64,000 nt of DNA from Chlorokybus atmophyticus (lineage: Eukaryota > Plantae > Mesostigma and Chlorokybus algae): assembly GCA_009103225.1 (NCBI GenBank), contig RHPI01000818.1:408906-472905 (forward strand), read 5' to 3'. Of the stretch, positions 1-13,255 are shown piece by piece. Each line of letters begins with the position of its first letter. The first letter of the stretch is position 1. A model generated the notes under the pieces. It was not told the DNA's origin. It worked only from the letters and a program-made list of their open reading frames with translations, and did not search any database. Both the position numbers and the translations under genes were made by a program.

Positions 1-790
1 TAACGGCTATTTTGTTATTTCCCACTATTCTAAGTTTAAATCCATCGCTCATATTATTGCTAATTGCAGTTTTACCTTTGCATATTCAAGCAGGGATTTC
101 AGAAATACTAGATGACTACGTACACAATGAAGTTACTAGAATGGTTTCAATTCTTTTAGCTAGACTTTTTATCTTAAAAATAATCAAGTACGCTTTTATT
201 TTATTTCGAATCTAATAAATAAATCTAATTGTAATCCGTAGATTACCTAACGATTATTTTACCAGCTTTTTGAAAGAGAATCGTTTTAGAGTAAACTCAA
301 AATTTAGAAAAGAACCTTTTCGCTAAGGAATAGGGTAGAATATAAGAGATCCTAGACATAACAGCTCGGTGGTCATCGGCTAATTGAGAATAATTATCGA
401 TACCTTTAGTAAGAGCCGGATATGTAAATAGAGTTACCCCAATGACCGCACTGCGCCTGCTCTTTAATGAGATAAAAAGGGCAATAAATGCAAAGTATCG
501 TTGTAAAATTGTAAAGAATAAAAAAGATCTTCTTATTGTTAAAACAAACTATTATTTTAAGGGGAGCAGCAACTACGAATGTGACATCCACGGTAACGGA
601 ACCTTCATAGTACCGTACTTCAATAAAAGAGATACTTTTTACTAATAGAAGAAGGTAAAGTGGATTTGCTTAAAAACGGCTGCATACTTAAAATTATGAA
701 CATTCTTTATATTCTTTTTATTACTAGATTATTTTCTTGACTACGGGAAGGATAGGTATTTATATAGTCAAAATTGATAAGATAGAGTAC
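1..790. other. Organelle-like AT-rich insertion (NUMT), possibly extending to about 1425
   Basis: Sharp compositional contrast with downstream DNA, and it contains sdh4. Positions 790-1425 carry shared short motifs (CCATTTGTTGG, AATAGCTGCT, (TACTT)n). Confidence 0.65.
3..215 (+). pseudogene. sdh4: Mitochondrial succinate dehydrogenase subunit 4, 5'-truncated by the window edge, within a NUMT
   Basis: TAILLFP...LHIQAGISEILDDYVHNEVTR...RLFILKIIKY matches the H-x2-G-x2-EI-x2-D-Y/H-VH-x-E-x-TR pattern of plant-lineage mitochondrial Sdh4. AT-rich and intronless. Confidence 0.8.
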
Positions 791-2174
791 ACCATTTGTG
801 AAACCTTGCAATTGTGCACCCCTGCATGCAATGCAGCCCCGGGCCACTCCGGGCTGTAGCAAGCAGTGCGGGGGCTGCATGCATGCATGCCATGCATGCA
901 GCGCTGCTGCAGGCTGCCCCAGACTGGGGTTTACTTTACTTTACTTTACTCTACTTAACGGTCACTATAGTGCACTTTACTTTACTATCCTACACGTCTG
1001 CATCCCTGTGTAGCCGGCGATGTCTGTAATAGTCGCAGATAAAATCTCTCTTTTTAACTCATTTGTTGGTAATCAATAGCTGCTGCGCTCCTCCCTTCCT
1101 CTCTTCGCATTTTCCTATTTCCCTACTTTCGGATGCATACCTGGCTGCATCCAGTGCAGACCATCAGCTGCGGCCGCTGCAATGTAATCTAAAAAAAACA
1201 AAGAGCAAGTAAGAGCAAACTAAAACGATGTAAGAGAATTAAGGGAGACCATTTGTTGGAGAAATCGCCAGATTATAGAAAAAGCTGGTAAGCTGGTTTG
1301 CCTGCAGACAACAATCTTCTTCACCTTCCTAATCGAAAGATTATAGAGAGATAGATTACCACTCCCCCCATCACTGCAGACCAGCAAATTACCACCGATC
1401 GCAAATCAATCTAAAATTCTGGTAGGCAGCATTGTGTGCTCGTGCTATGCCACAAACGGGCGGTGAAAGTCGCACACCACTTGTTCTCTCGAAAGCGCCA
1501 CAAGGTAAGCACATTATGCACAATTACTGCCCATGCCCTCAATGCTCTAGCCAATCGGTCGCATTTAGGGCCTGCTTAGATACACAAGCCTCTGCGACCA
1601 CCAATCTGGCGTTGGTATGGCCACTCGCCAACAAACTAATGATGCAGAGCGTGGAGAAGTGCTTCCGGTTCCCCAAAGGTGTAATGTGCCGATGCAGCTT
1701 GCCAGGCAAGCATGCAACCATTGCAGACGCAAGCCTCAACTCAGTCAGGCGCTGTGCAAGTCTCTGGTGCTACCTGCGGTTTCCTCTCCGTGCGAGGCAT
1801 AGAGGTACATACACAAATTTTGTGTTGCCAGAACGCGTCGTACATGCAAGCATCAGGTTTACGTACGGATGTTGCAAGCAAAGTGGCTGTTTGTCCAGGT
1901 GTCATTCGAGTCAGGCGCTGACAAGGGGAGCAATGGCGAACAGGGTAGTTGGAGTACACTTGCCACAAGCTGATCAGTTCAAGTTGTATCATGCTATCAT
2001 TGCAAGACAGTCACTGCTATCATCAAGCTTTTTGTATGCCGTGTTGCTTGTTTTGTGCGCACGGTTACATTCACACACTTGCACTCTACAGCTTTACATG
2101 CCACGTAGCGCTCAGTGTCAAACTGACGTTCATCTTGAACTCTCAATCCTGGTGTTTGTCCAAGAGTTCATATG

Positions 2175-2597
2175 TGTTGAAGGACTAGCATGCATATGTA
2201 GCTGAGGCAAGCATGGATACACACGGACAGAGCTACCGCCACCAGAGCATACACAAGTCACATCACATTCATCTATTACAAGTTGTCCGCTGGTTCTTAT
2301 ACCAGCCAGTTACACACACGTCTACGTTTGCAAGCACTGCGTAAGCTCTACTCAGCCTTTTGACGCGCTCTAAGCTGCGTTGTCTTCCTTACAACTAGAG
2401 CTTTCAACAAGCTCTTACACGCCTGATATGAGTAAGTATACGCGGAGATACGAAGCAGTTAGTAAGGCTCCAGTCTGGAGTCCGGAGTCTGGTCCGACGA
2501 TGCCATCTTGCTAAGTCCGGACCTAGTGCTCGTCCTTACGACCTTTTACTCCTGTGTGGAGGGTCGATGCTGATCGTATGTAGGAATACTCTCAACA
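2175..2597 (-). repeat. 3' LTR of the copia element (LTR family 1)
   Basis: Direct repeat of 6674-7097 with TG...CA ends. Confidence 0.95.
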
Positions 2598-2639
2598 CTC
2601 CCACGCGAGCAGCTTGACCTCCAATGCTTGCTCCTGTAG

Positions 2640-5600
2640 TCAAACACAGATGCCAAGTCCTGCACAACAAGTCTTGAACTTGAGTGGTGACAATAGCTTT
2701 GTCATGAAGTCCGCCAGCATGCGTTCGGTGTTGCAGTACTGGAACTCCACCTCCTTTCTTGTAACTCTGTCACGCACAAAGTGATGCATGACATCAATGT
2801 GCTTCGTCCTTGCCGAGGCGATAGGATGCTTCAACAACTTAATGGCTCCTTGATTGTCACAGTTGATGACGATGCGCGCCATGGGGTGCTATAAGTCTGC
2901 CATGAGCTTGCGAAGCCAGAGTGCCTCTTTCGCTGCTGCTGCCGCTGCCATGTACTCAGCCTCTGATGTAGATGCTGCTGTTGTTGGCTACAGCCTGCTG
3001 TTCCAGCTCACCACGCCTCCATTCAGCTTGAAGACGTAGCCTGTAGTGGACCTCCTGCAGTTGAGGTCACCAGCAAAGTCCGAGTCGCAGTAGCCCTCCA
3101 ACTCAGTGCTCCCGCTCCAAAACTTGATGCCAACTGTTGCGCTCCCAGCAACATAGCGTAATACTCCCTTTGCTGCTCTCCAGTGCTCCATGCTCGGTGC
3201 AGACATGTAGCGAGCAAGTACTCCCACAGCATGTGCAACATCGGGACGTGTGCACACTGCCAGATAGAGCATGCTACCTACCAGCTCACCATATGGATAC
3301 AGAGCCTTGTCGAGTACGTCCTCATCCTTTGCCTTGATGAGGGCAGTGCCAAGTGCCAACGGTGTGGTCTTGGTCTTCGCTGCAGTGAGCCCGAACTTGA
3401 TGACGAGTCTGCTCACCATCTGCTCCTGACTGATCTTGATTGTGCGAGCAGCCCTGTCGCGCTCAATCACCATGCCAAGAAACCACTTGGCCTCTCAAAG
3501 ATCACGAACTGAGAATGCTTCCTGTAGTGCAACTTTCATCTCCTGCAGGTGGTGCACCTGCCTGGCGGTGATGATGATATCATCAACATACACGAGCAGC
3601 CAGACCTTGTTGTCTGCATGGATGAAGAGCCCAGGGTCTGCAGAGGATGCGGTGAAGCCAAGTGCCTCCAGCTCCTTGGTGAGCTTGATGTGCCACATAC
3701 GCGGTGCCTGTCGCAGCCCGTACAGTGCCTTGATCAGCTTGCACGTTGTGCCTCTCTCCCCTTCTTCATATCCAGGTGGTTGCTCGATGAAGATCTCCTC
3801 CTCCAGCTCTACGTAGAGGAAGGCAGTCTTCACGTCGAGGTGATGCAGCTCTAGGTCTTCAGCAGCAACCATAGCTAGCAGTGCACGGAAGGTGGTATGC
3901 TTACTTGCAGGTGCAAACACTTCGTTGAAGTCCACACCTTCCTGCTGCAAGAAGCCCTTTGCCACCAGTCTTGCCTTGTAGCGCTCAATGTTGCCCTGAC
4001 CATCACGCTTCACCTTGAAGACCCATTTCACTGGAATGGTCTTTACTCCTTGCGGTAACTGCTCCAGTGACCAAGTATTATTGGCATGGAGTGACGCAAT
4101 CTCCTCGTCCATAGCACGCTGCCATTGCTCCGCATTTGGTGCTAACAATGCCTCCTCGTAGGTGCTTGGCTCCTCATTTTACACACTGGCGACGTGTGCC
4201 TTATATGTATGTAGGAAGTCAGGTGCCTTTCTCTCCCTCACTGGGTATCTCCGAGCTGCGTGCTCCTGCTGCAGGTGCGGCTCCTTCTGGCCTGCTACAA
4301 CTGAGTCTCGCTCACCCTTGTTGTTGATGACTGCCTCGCCCTCAGCCTCCACTGTCTTGGGATGCTCCTGTGGCTGTACTTCATCGTCATCTCCCGGAAA
4401 GAAGCCTGCTTATGGTTGTGATAATCCCTCATGGAAAACCACCTCTGCTCACGATATTCTTCTGAGTGTCCTCGAGCAAGATCCTGTAAGCCTTGGAACC
4501 CGGTTCATAGCCAACGAAGATGCCCTTCTTGCTGACCGGCTCCAGCTTGTGCCTGAGCTGTTTAGGCACTAGTGCATATGCCGTGCATCCAAACACACGC
4601 ATACCACTTACATCTGGTGCGGCTCCATAGAAGTGCTCCCACGGAGTCTTCTGCTCTGAGCTCACCGGAGACCTGTTGCGGATGTAGTTGGCAGTGAGTA
4701 CCGCCTCCTTCCACAGACTGTCTTCCATCTTTGTGTCGTTGAGCATGGCTCGAACACGCTCCAAGAGTGTCCTGTTGAGGCGTTCAGCTGCTCCATTCTA
4801 CTGCGGGGTGTAGGGTGCCGTTGTCTCGTGGCGTATGCCCTTGCTGGCGAAGAACTCCTTCAACTCCTTGTTGATGTACTCCCCTCCTCGATCACTCCTC
4901 ATTGCCTTCATCTTGTTGCCAGACTGGGTCTCCAACAAGGCCACAACTGTGCGCACAGCTCCAGCAACTTCTGACTTGAGCGTCAATGGAAAAATGATGG
5001 ACAGCTTGCTGTAGTCGTCGAGGAATGTAGCAAAGTACCTGGCCCCTCCCTTCGCCACAATGCGCATAGGGCCACAGACATCCATGTGCACAAGCTCGCA
5101 AGGATGCTGACTGCTTGAAGAGAATGATGGGAATGGCATAGCATGCTGCTTTGCAACTAGGCATGGTTCACAAAGTGCACCTGATGCATTCTTGAGTTCT
5201 TCTGTGCTGAGATGGATGCCCTTAACCATCTTCTCAGCGACAAGGCGAGTGAGGTTGACGTAGCTGAGATGCCCGAACCTTCGATGCCACAATGTTGGCG
5301 ACTCCTTGTCCTTTACCACCATGGCTTGGATGTCAATGTCCTGAGGGTGCTGCTCCACGTGGTAGAGCCCTCCCGGATCAGCGATTTCAACCATTTGCAC
5401 GACCCCATCAAGGATGACTGTGCAGCCACCTTTCCGAAATAGGATCTCCGCGCCTAAGCGCTCCGCAACCCTCACAGAGAATAGACTCGCAATAGCCTTG
5501 GGAACATGCAGGACGTTGCGTAACAACACCTCGCGTAGTGTGTTACCAACCTTGCACTGGAGTCGTACGTTGCCAACTCCCTCAGCCACAAGTACTTCGC

Positions 5601-6546
5601 CACCGAAGCCCGCCACTTTGATTGTGGACGTCAGCTTCCTGTAGCCCTCCATCACCTCCTTGTTTGGTGTGAGATGACGATCGCAGCCAGAGTCTACCAC
5701 CCAGAAAGCTGTGCCCGCCCTCGAACTGGATGCAATGAAGGCGACATGTTTCTTCTTGTGTTGGTGCTCGTTGCCGCTGTTGCTGGTGCTTGCTCTAGGT
5801 TGACCCTGTTGTTTCTTCCTACAGTCCTTCACAATGTGCCCCTTCCAACCACACCAGTGGCATGTGAGGTCTTTGTGACGAGGATTGCCTGGCTTGTTGC
5901 CCTTGTTCTTCTCTTCATGGTTGCTCTTCTTCCCGTGCTTGTTGGTGTAGAAGGCCACGGCATCAGCTTGCTCGTCCTTCTTCATCACCCTCTGCTCCAC
6001 GGTGAGCAGCTTCGGTAGTACATCGTCCAGCGTCAGCTCCGATGACGATGTCTCCTGCAGTGTTGCAACGACCTCGTACTCTGCTGGTAGCCCTGCAACA
6101 ACAGCCAGCACAACCTCCGTCTCCCCCATGTCGTGGCCGACGTTAATAAGGTCCGCCCACAGCTCTCTCGCGCGTGCAACATACTTTGTGATGGGTTCTG
6201 CTGCCTTCTTCCTGAGTGCGCTCAGCTGCTTGCGTAGCTGCAACTTTCTGGCGTTGTTCTTGGCTCTGAAAACGGCTGATAGCTTTTCTCAAGCTTGTCT
6301 ACCATCTTCACATGCAGTGAGCATGGGAAAGTGTTGCGGTTTGCAGTTCAACACAAGCAAAGAGTGTGCTTCTGCTGAATGCTCTGACCACACAGTGTTC
6401 GCTCCTGGTATTGGTGGTGGTGCCTTCGGATCAACATACTTCCACACCTTCTTGTGGATGAGCAAGGCCTTCATTTCCACGCACCATGTGTTGTAGTTGT
6501 CGGTGTGCAGCTTTGCAGTCTGCCCCTTATCGTAGGTCGTCTCCAT
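2640..6546 (-). pseudogene. Copia gag-pol polyprotein, broken by stops and frameshifts
   Basis: Zn knuckle CHWCGWKGHIVKDC, protease WVVDSGC, integrase HMDVCGP/RSDRGGEY, RT YKARLVAKG and LLVYVDD, RNase H CDSDFAGD/RTKHID. Split over at least 6 ORFs, with a CAG>TAG-type stop at 4798-4800. Confidence 0.95.
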
Positions 6547-6673
6547 CTTTGTCGAGCCTGCCTTTCTTGCAGTTGACACCCAAGGCTCTGCTACCAACAA
6601 GCTACCGTAGTGTAGAACTACTATGCACACAAGCTGGTCTCACACTCCTCAAGTGTAGTGTGGGCCCATAACC

Positions 6674-7097
6674 TGTTGAAGGACTAGCATGCATATGTAG
6701 CTGAGGCAAGCATGGATACACACGGACAGAGCTACCGCCACCAGAGCATACACAAGTCACATCACATTCATCTATTACAAGTTGTCCGCTGGTTCTTATA
6801 CCAGCCAGTTACACGCACGTCTACGTTTGCAAGCACTGCGTAAGCTCTACTCAGCCTTTTGACGCGCTCTAAGCTGCGTTGTCTTCCTTGCAACTAGAGC
6901 TTTCCAACAAGCTCTTACACGCCTAATATAAGTAAGTATACGCGGAGATACGAAGCAGTTAGTAAGGCTTAAGCCTGGAGTCCGGAGTCTGGTCCGACGA
7001 TGCCATCTTGTTAAGTCCGGACCTAGTGCTCGTCCTTACGACCTTCTACTCCTGTGTGGAGGGTCGATGCTGATCGTATGTAGGAATACTCTCAACA
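6674..7097 (-). repeat. 5' LTR of the copia element (LTR family 1)
   Basis: Direct repeat of 2175-2597, adjacent to the PBS at 6661-6673. Confidence 0.95.
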
Positions 7098-8149
7098 ATA
7101 TGTGGTTTGTTGCTCAAGCTGAATATTGCTTGATGTTGTGTTGTGTCACGCATCCATAAATTTTTCTTAGGACATGAGACAGATAGCTGTTATCAGCAGT
7201 GCGCACTCTCGCAGTTGTTGCGCACAGTACCATGATGCGCACATTTCCGTTTCGCATTGTTTGTACATTGAGTGCTTGCTTGTGATATAGATATGTGAGC
7301 TTCAGCACCGCAGACGGGAATGTGCACAAGCCTGAGCACTAAGTACATACCCCTCTCGCATTTTTTGTACACATGCTGACATGCTTGCACGCAAGCTCCG
7401 TGTTGTCGTGTATTGAGATGCAAGTTACAACATGTTTTCATGAAATGCCATTGGAATATTAAAATAGAAGCACGTGTTGTGTACCTTCCTATTAGCATGT
7501 ATGCATGCATGTGTACAAAGGATGTAGGGTGGATAATTCACATGCAAGTCATATGTATGCGTGCATGCACGCACGCATACATGCTACTTCTAATGTGAGC
7601 ATGAGGTATAATGTAAACCCATGCTCGCAAACCATCACTGCATGATGCATTGCTTAGCAACTAACACTGCACATGTGTACAATAAATGCAACATGCATAG
7701 CGCACATGCATAAGCTTTTCAGATGTGCATGCATGTTGCATCTTCAAAGTCAAGCCACAAGCACACCCAAGCTAACCAGCATGCGCATTCCAACAGCCAT
7801 GCACAATTGTATTTTGCATTTTGTGTACTCTTGCCATGACCGACTTCATATAAATGACCACCGGGCTCACTTCAGCACTATCTTAACTGTGAATACTACT
7901 ACTTCTTACCCTAGTTGTACAATGCGGATACGGCATTGAATGCGTTTGACTTACAATGCGTGAAAGTGCGTATTAGACTACCATGCGGCCCAATTCGGCT
8001 ACTATTTATGAGCTTTATCAATAGCAAATGAGGAGCTCTGATGCCCTATTGTGTTCGTGCGTGCAGCTGTTGTTTCATGCAATTGATGTGCGCACGTGTT
8101 ACACATGTCATTGAACACCATGCATACAATGAAGTGTCCGTATCACACT

Positions 8150-10440
8150 GCACTATCTTACTCTACTACTCTGCGCGCTTGACATCAGAAATAATGCAAC
8201 TCGGTTTCAACTGCCAACATGTTGTTGCCATCCTCCTCGCTTGCAGCCCAATCATTCGCATCGTCCGTCTCACTGGCCTGCGAAGCATCACTCTCCAAGG
8301 TCTGCGCATCCCACGCAGCAAACTCCTCCTTATAACCGAGGGTGGACCACTTGTTAATTAGGCGAATATTGCTGAATACCCACACCAAGGCGCGCGCTCG
8401 CTCAGGCATCAAACGGTTGCGCTTCTTGCTACGTATGTGATCATAAGTCCTCTAGGCACGCTCACATGAAGAGGCATTGGTAAACTGTGCTAACACTTTC
8501 ATTGCCACGCGATGTAGCTGTGAGGCAGCGCTCCTTAATTGCAGCCACCATTGGTGGGCGGGCATGCTGCTTGCCGAGGCCTTTGCAACGACCATCCCAT
8601 GCCCTTAACTTGGTACTGCGCCAGTTGCAGGCTCAACTCCACGCGATCCTCTTCACTTGGCAGCAACTTCTCATAGATTTTAAAAAACCCTTACATGACA
8701 TCCGCTTGCACATGATCCTCCAGCTGAAATTTTGGGTCGAGAACATACCTAGCAAACAACAAGTCGTTTGCATTATCCGCCACCGCTTTTTTCTAAAAGT
8801 ATAAGTAATGAGTTGACGAGGCAGAATGGAAGCCACCAGCGTGTCTCGTGCTGCCATCACCTTATGCATGAGCTTTCCTGCAACATGAGAGGACATGCTG
8901 GCTATGTATGCAATTAGGTGCGAGGTGCTGATCATGATGCAATGTGATATGCTATGTTGTGCAGCACTTACCCGTGAGTGGCTTGTTGCTGTCCACGAAG
9001 CGTAGCAGCTGCATCAGCGGCTCTATTGCTGACACACATAGTTCCACCTTCTTCCAAAACTAAATAGACACCACCACCTCGCGTGCCAATGCAGCTCCCT
9101 CGCGATGCCGCGACGAGCCTATGCAGCCTACTCAACATCAAGAACAGTCTTTTCCAAGCTGCTCCTCACCTCCAACACTCTTTGCAGCATGATAAATGCG
9201 GAGGCAAAGCGCGTTTCTACAGGCTTCAACAATGTGCGATTTATCTTCGTTCTGCGCTCACATTGTATAATGTTGGGCACTACCTATGACATGCAATTAT
9301 TCCAACAAGCCAGCAGCAACATACACGTCACAATGCTTGCCTGTTCAAAGCCAGACCCTTGTAATGATTGGATGTGAATGTCACCAGGTGCTTGGCTTTC
9401 TTGATGACATTGGCAAAGTACGCCATCTTGCCTATGTTAGCCAGCAACAGATCGATGCAGTGCGCCGCGCATGCACCCCATGTGATGTGCTTGTATCCGG
9501 TGGTAAGGATGGAACCAGCAGCAACACAGACACTTGCACTATTGGTAACAATCTGCACTACATGCTCAACTCCCACCTGCATCATATCATGACATTTACT
9601 AATTTAGCATGCAATTGCATGCAATAGCTTCAAGCACCATAGCACAAACAAGCACATGCTTGCATGCACTTTTCACTTACCTTAATGGCCACTTCAATCT
9701 GTACCACATACTCGGCATCTCTGCAGTTCTCCATGTTTATTGTATAAAAAATTACAGCGCCACTAGGCTCAACTTGCAATACATTAAGCAATGGACGACT
9801 ATTTACATCAATCCATCCATCGGTGGTGATAGTATAACCAATCCGAGCCACATGGGTGCGAAACTCTGCTAGCTGACCATCCACATTTGCTTTGTCGTTG
9901 TGAAGCAACTTTGTGCGCAGCTTCTGATACGTGGGTGGTGTATATGTTGGACTATATCGTGCTACAGACTTCAACGTCTTCTCGAAATGCTTGCTGAGTG
10001 ATGGATTGAAAGGCAAACCGTCTGCAAAAAACATGCGCGCCACATCGGCATCTACTTGTGCCTTTTCTCAACGATTAAACAATTCAATGATGTGCGCACG
10101 CTGAGTGTTGTTGTTGCCACTCCCTGCTCCCTTACTCAAGTTGATAACAGTGCTGCCACCCACCATAGCAAAAGACACGTTTCTTCCTTACTGCACACAT
10201 TGCATCTGCTGATGCCTGTCTAATCTTCTTGAAATGAGCCCTTATCTCATCAGGTATGAGCTTGCAAGCGGCTACCCCAACACCAAGTTTTCCTGCTAGA
10301 TGTGCCCTAATGCGTGTGGTCCCCGCAACAAAGACCTTCTTGCAGTGCATGCATTTGACTTTTTGATGGTTGGGATTTGAGCAGCTTGCTGTGTTGAGCA
10401 AACTCATATGTTTCCACTCTTCTGACTTGTTGCTCGCCAT
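8150..10440 (-). pseudogene. hAT-superfamily transposase relic (BED finger, DUF659-like core, C-terminal dimerisation region)
   Basis: BED finger W...CMHCKK...RIRAHL, TITTDGWID, CAAHCIDLLL, and ALVWVFSNIRL near the end. Introns and multiple stops. TIRs not found. Confidence 0.85.
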
Positions 10441-11884
10441 GGCCTACATCATTAGCATGACATACCTCGATACCGTGCCAAGTGCAGCATTCATCTCCGT
10501 CAACTACTATGCATGTATGTGAGGGCAGTCAACAACAACAAGCAGTCACTTACAACAACGCTACCAACATGTTGCAGATAGTTACAGTCGCACGCATGAT
10601 GGCCCACCTGCCCTATAGTAAGCCCTTTACTCATATTCTTGCTGCTCCGCCGCCTCCTCCTCCTCCTCCTCCGACGCCGCCGCCGCCGCCGCCGTTGCCG
10701 CCGCCGCCGCAAAGCCAAAATCACGCCAAGGCCCTGAGAACGGCGGGAAAACAAGAAATTCTAATAAGAATATGTATAACATAAAACCCAACCCTGAATG
10801 TGCGCATTTGGGCGCATGCAGTGCGTTTAGCGTTAAGTACGGTATAATACTTGTATTAAAATCTGGGGGGCGGCGCATTGTACAGCTAGGCTAATGACAA
10901 CACACTCACCACCGACCCTGTTAGCCACGCACGCATACAAGCACGCTTATCACCTGAACGCAGCATGTTGGCAGGTGGTTAATGTCAAACACAATCCTCA
11001 GCAATCGCAGCAGCAGCCAAACACAGTCAACGACAGCCAGTGTGTACCGTACTGCTGTAAATTATTAGTCATGACGGCCTTCTGAACCTTTGGTTTGTTT
11101 TTCGTCACTGGCCCCAGTAGCCGTCACTTTGCGTTAATCTGGTTTGTAAGTATTTGTCAACAGCACGGGGAAATGCGTGGTACTGTACGGTACATGCAAT
11201 ATTTTTATTATAATGCAATGAATACAGTAATAGGCAGGGTAGTTTTCATGCAAACCCTAACTTAGAGTTTGCCGTTGTTTGTCGCGACTGCTGAACTATA
11301 TAGGTATTTGTTTTTTGTCACTCCCACTTAGGCAATTTATATAAAAGAAGAGTCTAATACTCGTCCGTGAGGCTCGTTCTGTGCCTCACATTTGCTGTGC
11401 AATATATCGCGTATTTTTAACTGCACTACTTTGTAGCTCGTGCTGGGGTTAGAAATTCTTTGATAATATATGAATATTCGGGCTGCTCTGACATGTATTT
11501 CCTTCCTTTCTAACTGACATTGACGGTAGCAGTGAGAGCTACCGCAATACATGTCAGAGCAGGGGAGGGGGGCATGGGTGTGTCAGAAGGAGAAATCTGG
11601 CGTGAAGCAGTGGTTGTGTGTATTTGTATTGTGTGCTTAGGTGTGTGGTTGCATAATTGCCGTAATTGCCTGTTATATTGACACTGAAAAAGACAACAAA
11701 ACAAGCAATTGCGCATGCTTGGGTCTTTATAAATGAATAACATTAAAGTATACAAGGGCCCGAGGGCCGAGATAATTGTAGTGAAAACGTGCAAATTATA
11801 AAGAGTCTAAACACAAGTAAAATTCCAACTTGGTTGTAACGGGAAGGTACATTAAATTACCACAATCCGACCATAAAAGCACCA

Positions 11885-11955
11885 AGTCTGTTATGGTCGA
11901 GTGGGCTGTGACATTGGTCATTGGAGCTTGAGACCCGGGTTCAATTCCTGCCTTG
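11885..11955 (+). ncRNA. tRNA-derived (SINE-head-like) sequence with Pol III A and B boxes
   Basis: A box TGGTCGAGTGG (11894-11904) and B box GGTTCAATTCC (11938-11948) at tRNA-like spacing. No intact cloverleaf. Confidence 0.45.
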
Positions 11956-12257
11956 CACACGAATTCCGCGGTCGTTGTTTCTCGATCCAGTAACATCGTA
12001 AATAGTCATGGGTGTCATCATCAATGGGTCGCGACTTGCCTAATGGCAGTCGCGCCGGCGTTAGTCGGCGCGGCAGGACGCGACCTGTTTGTCGATGCGA
12101 CCTGTGGGGCCGGCAGCAGCGTGCTACGCGCACGTAGATCGGTATGGGCCCAAATTGGCCGGTCCTTGGGTGGTGGGGCCGGTGACCGACCCCTGGGATG
12201 ATTCTCCAGCTCATGGGAGCCAGCGGCCGAGGACGTCAGCGTTCTTAAGTGGGGGAA

Positions 12258-12355
12258 TGTAACGGGACGGTATATTGAAATCCCACAAATCGACCATAAA
12301 AGCACTAAGTCTTTTATGGTCGAATTGTGGTAATTTCATGTATTTTCCCGTTACA
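12258..12355. repeat. Imperfect ~98-bp palindrome; its left arm is also copied from 11835 to about 11900
   Basis: TGTAACGGGA...TCGACCATAAAAG-cactaagt-CTTTTATGGTCGA...TCCCGTTACA. Confidence 0.8.
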
Positions 12356-13255
12356 TTAGTAGTACTCACCAAAGGCATCACGAGCTTATGGTTTAGGAGT
12401 AGAGCTAACATGGGTGTCCGTGGGAGAGGTGGGAGGAAACAGTGTTGGAGGAAACAGTGTTGGAGGGTTGACCTGATGTCACAAGTGCCAATTTGAAGCA
12501 AAGCCATCAAACCGCTGATTGGAGGGTGGATGCCGAGCAGCAGCAGCAGCAGCATGAGGCGAGGAATGGTATGACGTATCTGGTAGGAATGTAAAGGAGG
12601 CCTCTGGGAGGGCTGGAGACGAACAGAAGAGCGAGTAGCAGCAACACGAGTAACACGAGTAAAGCATGTGCGCGTACGCGTGCGGCTAAAGACAAAAAAA
12701 GTAGTTAATAAAAGTAAATAGCAGCAGCAATGGCAACGATGCACGTGCGCGCATGCGTACATGTGTCGACTCACATGGGAATAGAAGTTCCTCGAGCGTG
12801 TGATTGCAGTGCTGGGAGCAAAACAATGGCACAGACCCTGCAGCACACCGCCTGACGTTCAAAGACCATAAATGGTTCGTGCCGCCGGACCGGGATTATC
12901 CCCTGCTAAATGAAATTGACGGACCATATATGGTCCATTTTCCATCAACAGTCGGAGCATGTATGGTCCAGATTTCACGCCATAGGTCCCCATGTCCCTT
13001 GGTACGCACCAATCAAAGTCCGGCCGATTGCTGTTGCGTTAGGACCAAGTATGGTTTGGCCAGCGGACTAGGGACCAAGTCGTATCATCAACAGATTCAG
13101 ACATTACAAACCCGGCCTGCGGACCTTGGACCGAATTGGAATGCAATTGCAGCGAAAGTTGAGTCTTCTATAGTGGGGGGCACCGGCCACCCGGGACTTG
13201 CGGCGCACGAGGCCGCGTTGAACCCCGCGGCGTTAGTGAAATGATTAGGCAAGAA

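Larger units (their letters stand above)
2175..7097 (-). mobile_element. Full-length Ty1/copia LTR retrotransposon, decayed
   Basis: Two ~423-bp TGTTGA...TCAACA LTRs with about 10 differences. 5-bp TSD ATATG at 2170-2174 and 7098-7102. PBS GGTTATGGGCCCA and a purine-rich tract inside the LTRs. Domain order gag-PR-IN-RT-RH. Confidence 0.97.

Noticed and set aside
360-620. Possible 5S rRNA or group II intron fragment in the NUMT (GGTGGTCATCGG can pair with CCAATGACCGC)
   Set aside because: No 5S loop consensus and no domain V recognised. Needs a covariance-model search.
1741-1992. CQRLTRMTPGQTATLLATSVRKP faintly resembles the Argonaute PAZ-L2 linker
   Set aside because: Too short, and no PAZ or PIWI motifs nearby.
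10620-10760. Pro-, Arg- or Ala-rich short ORFs here and at 25400-25990 and 47060-47370, plus most other short ORFs in the track
   Set aside because: They arise from (GCC/CCT)n tracts or from antisense and alternative frames of TE sequence, with no independent coding evidence.
7100-11500. TIRs and an 8-bp TSD for the hAT element
   Set aside because: No convincing inverted termini could be found by eye.
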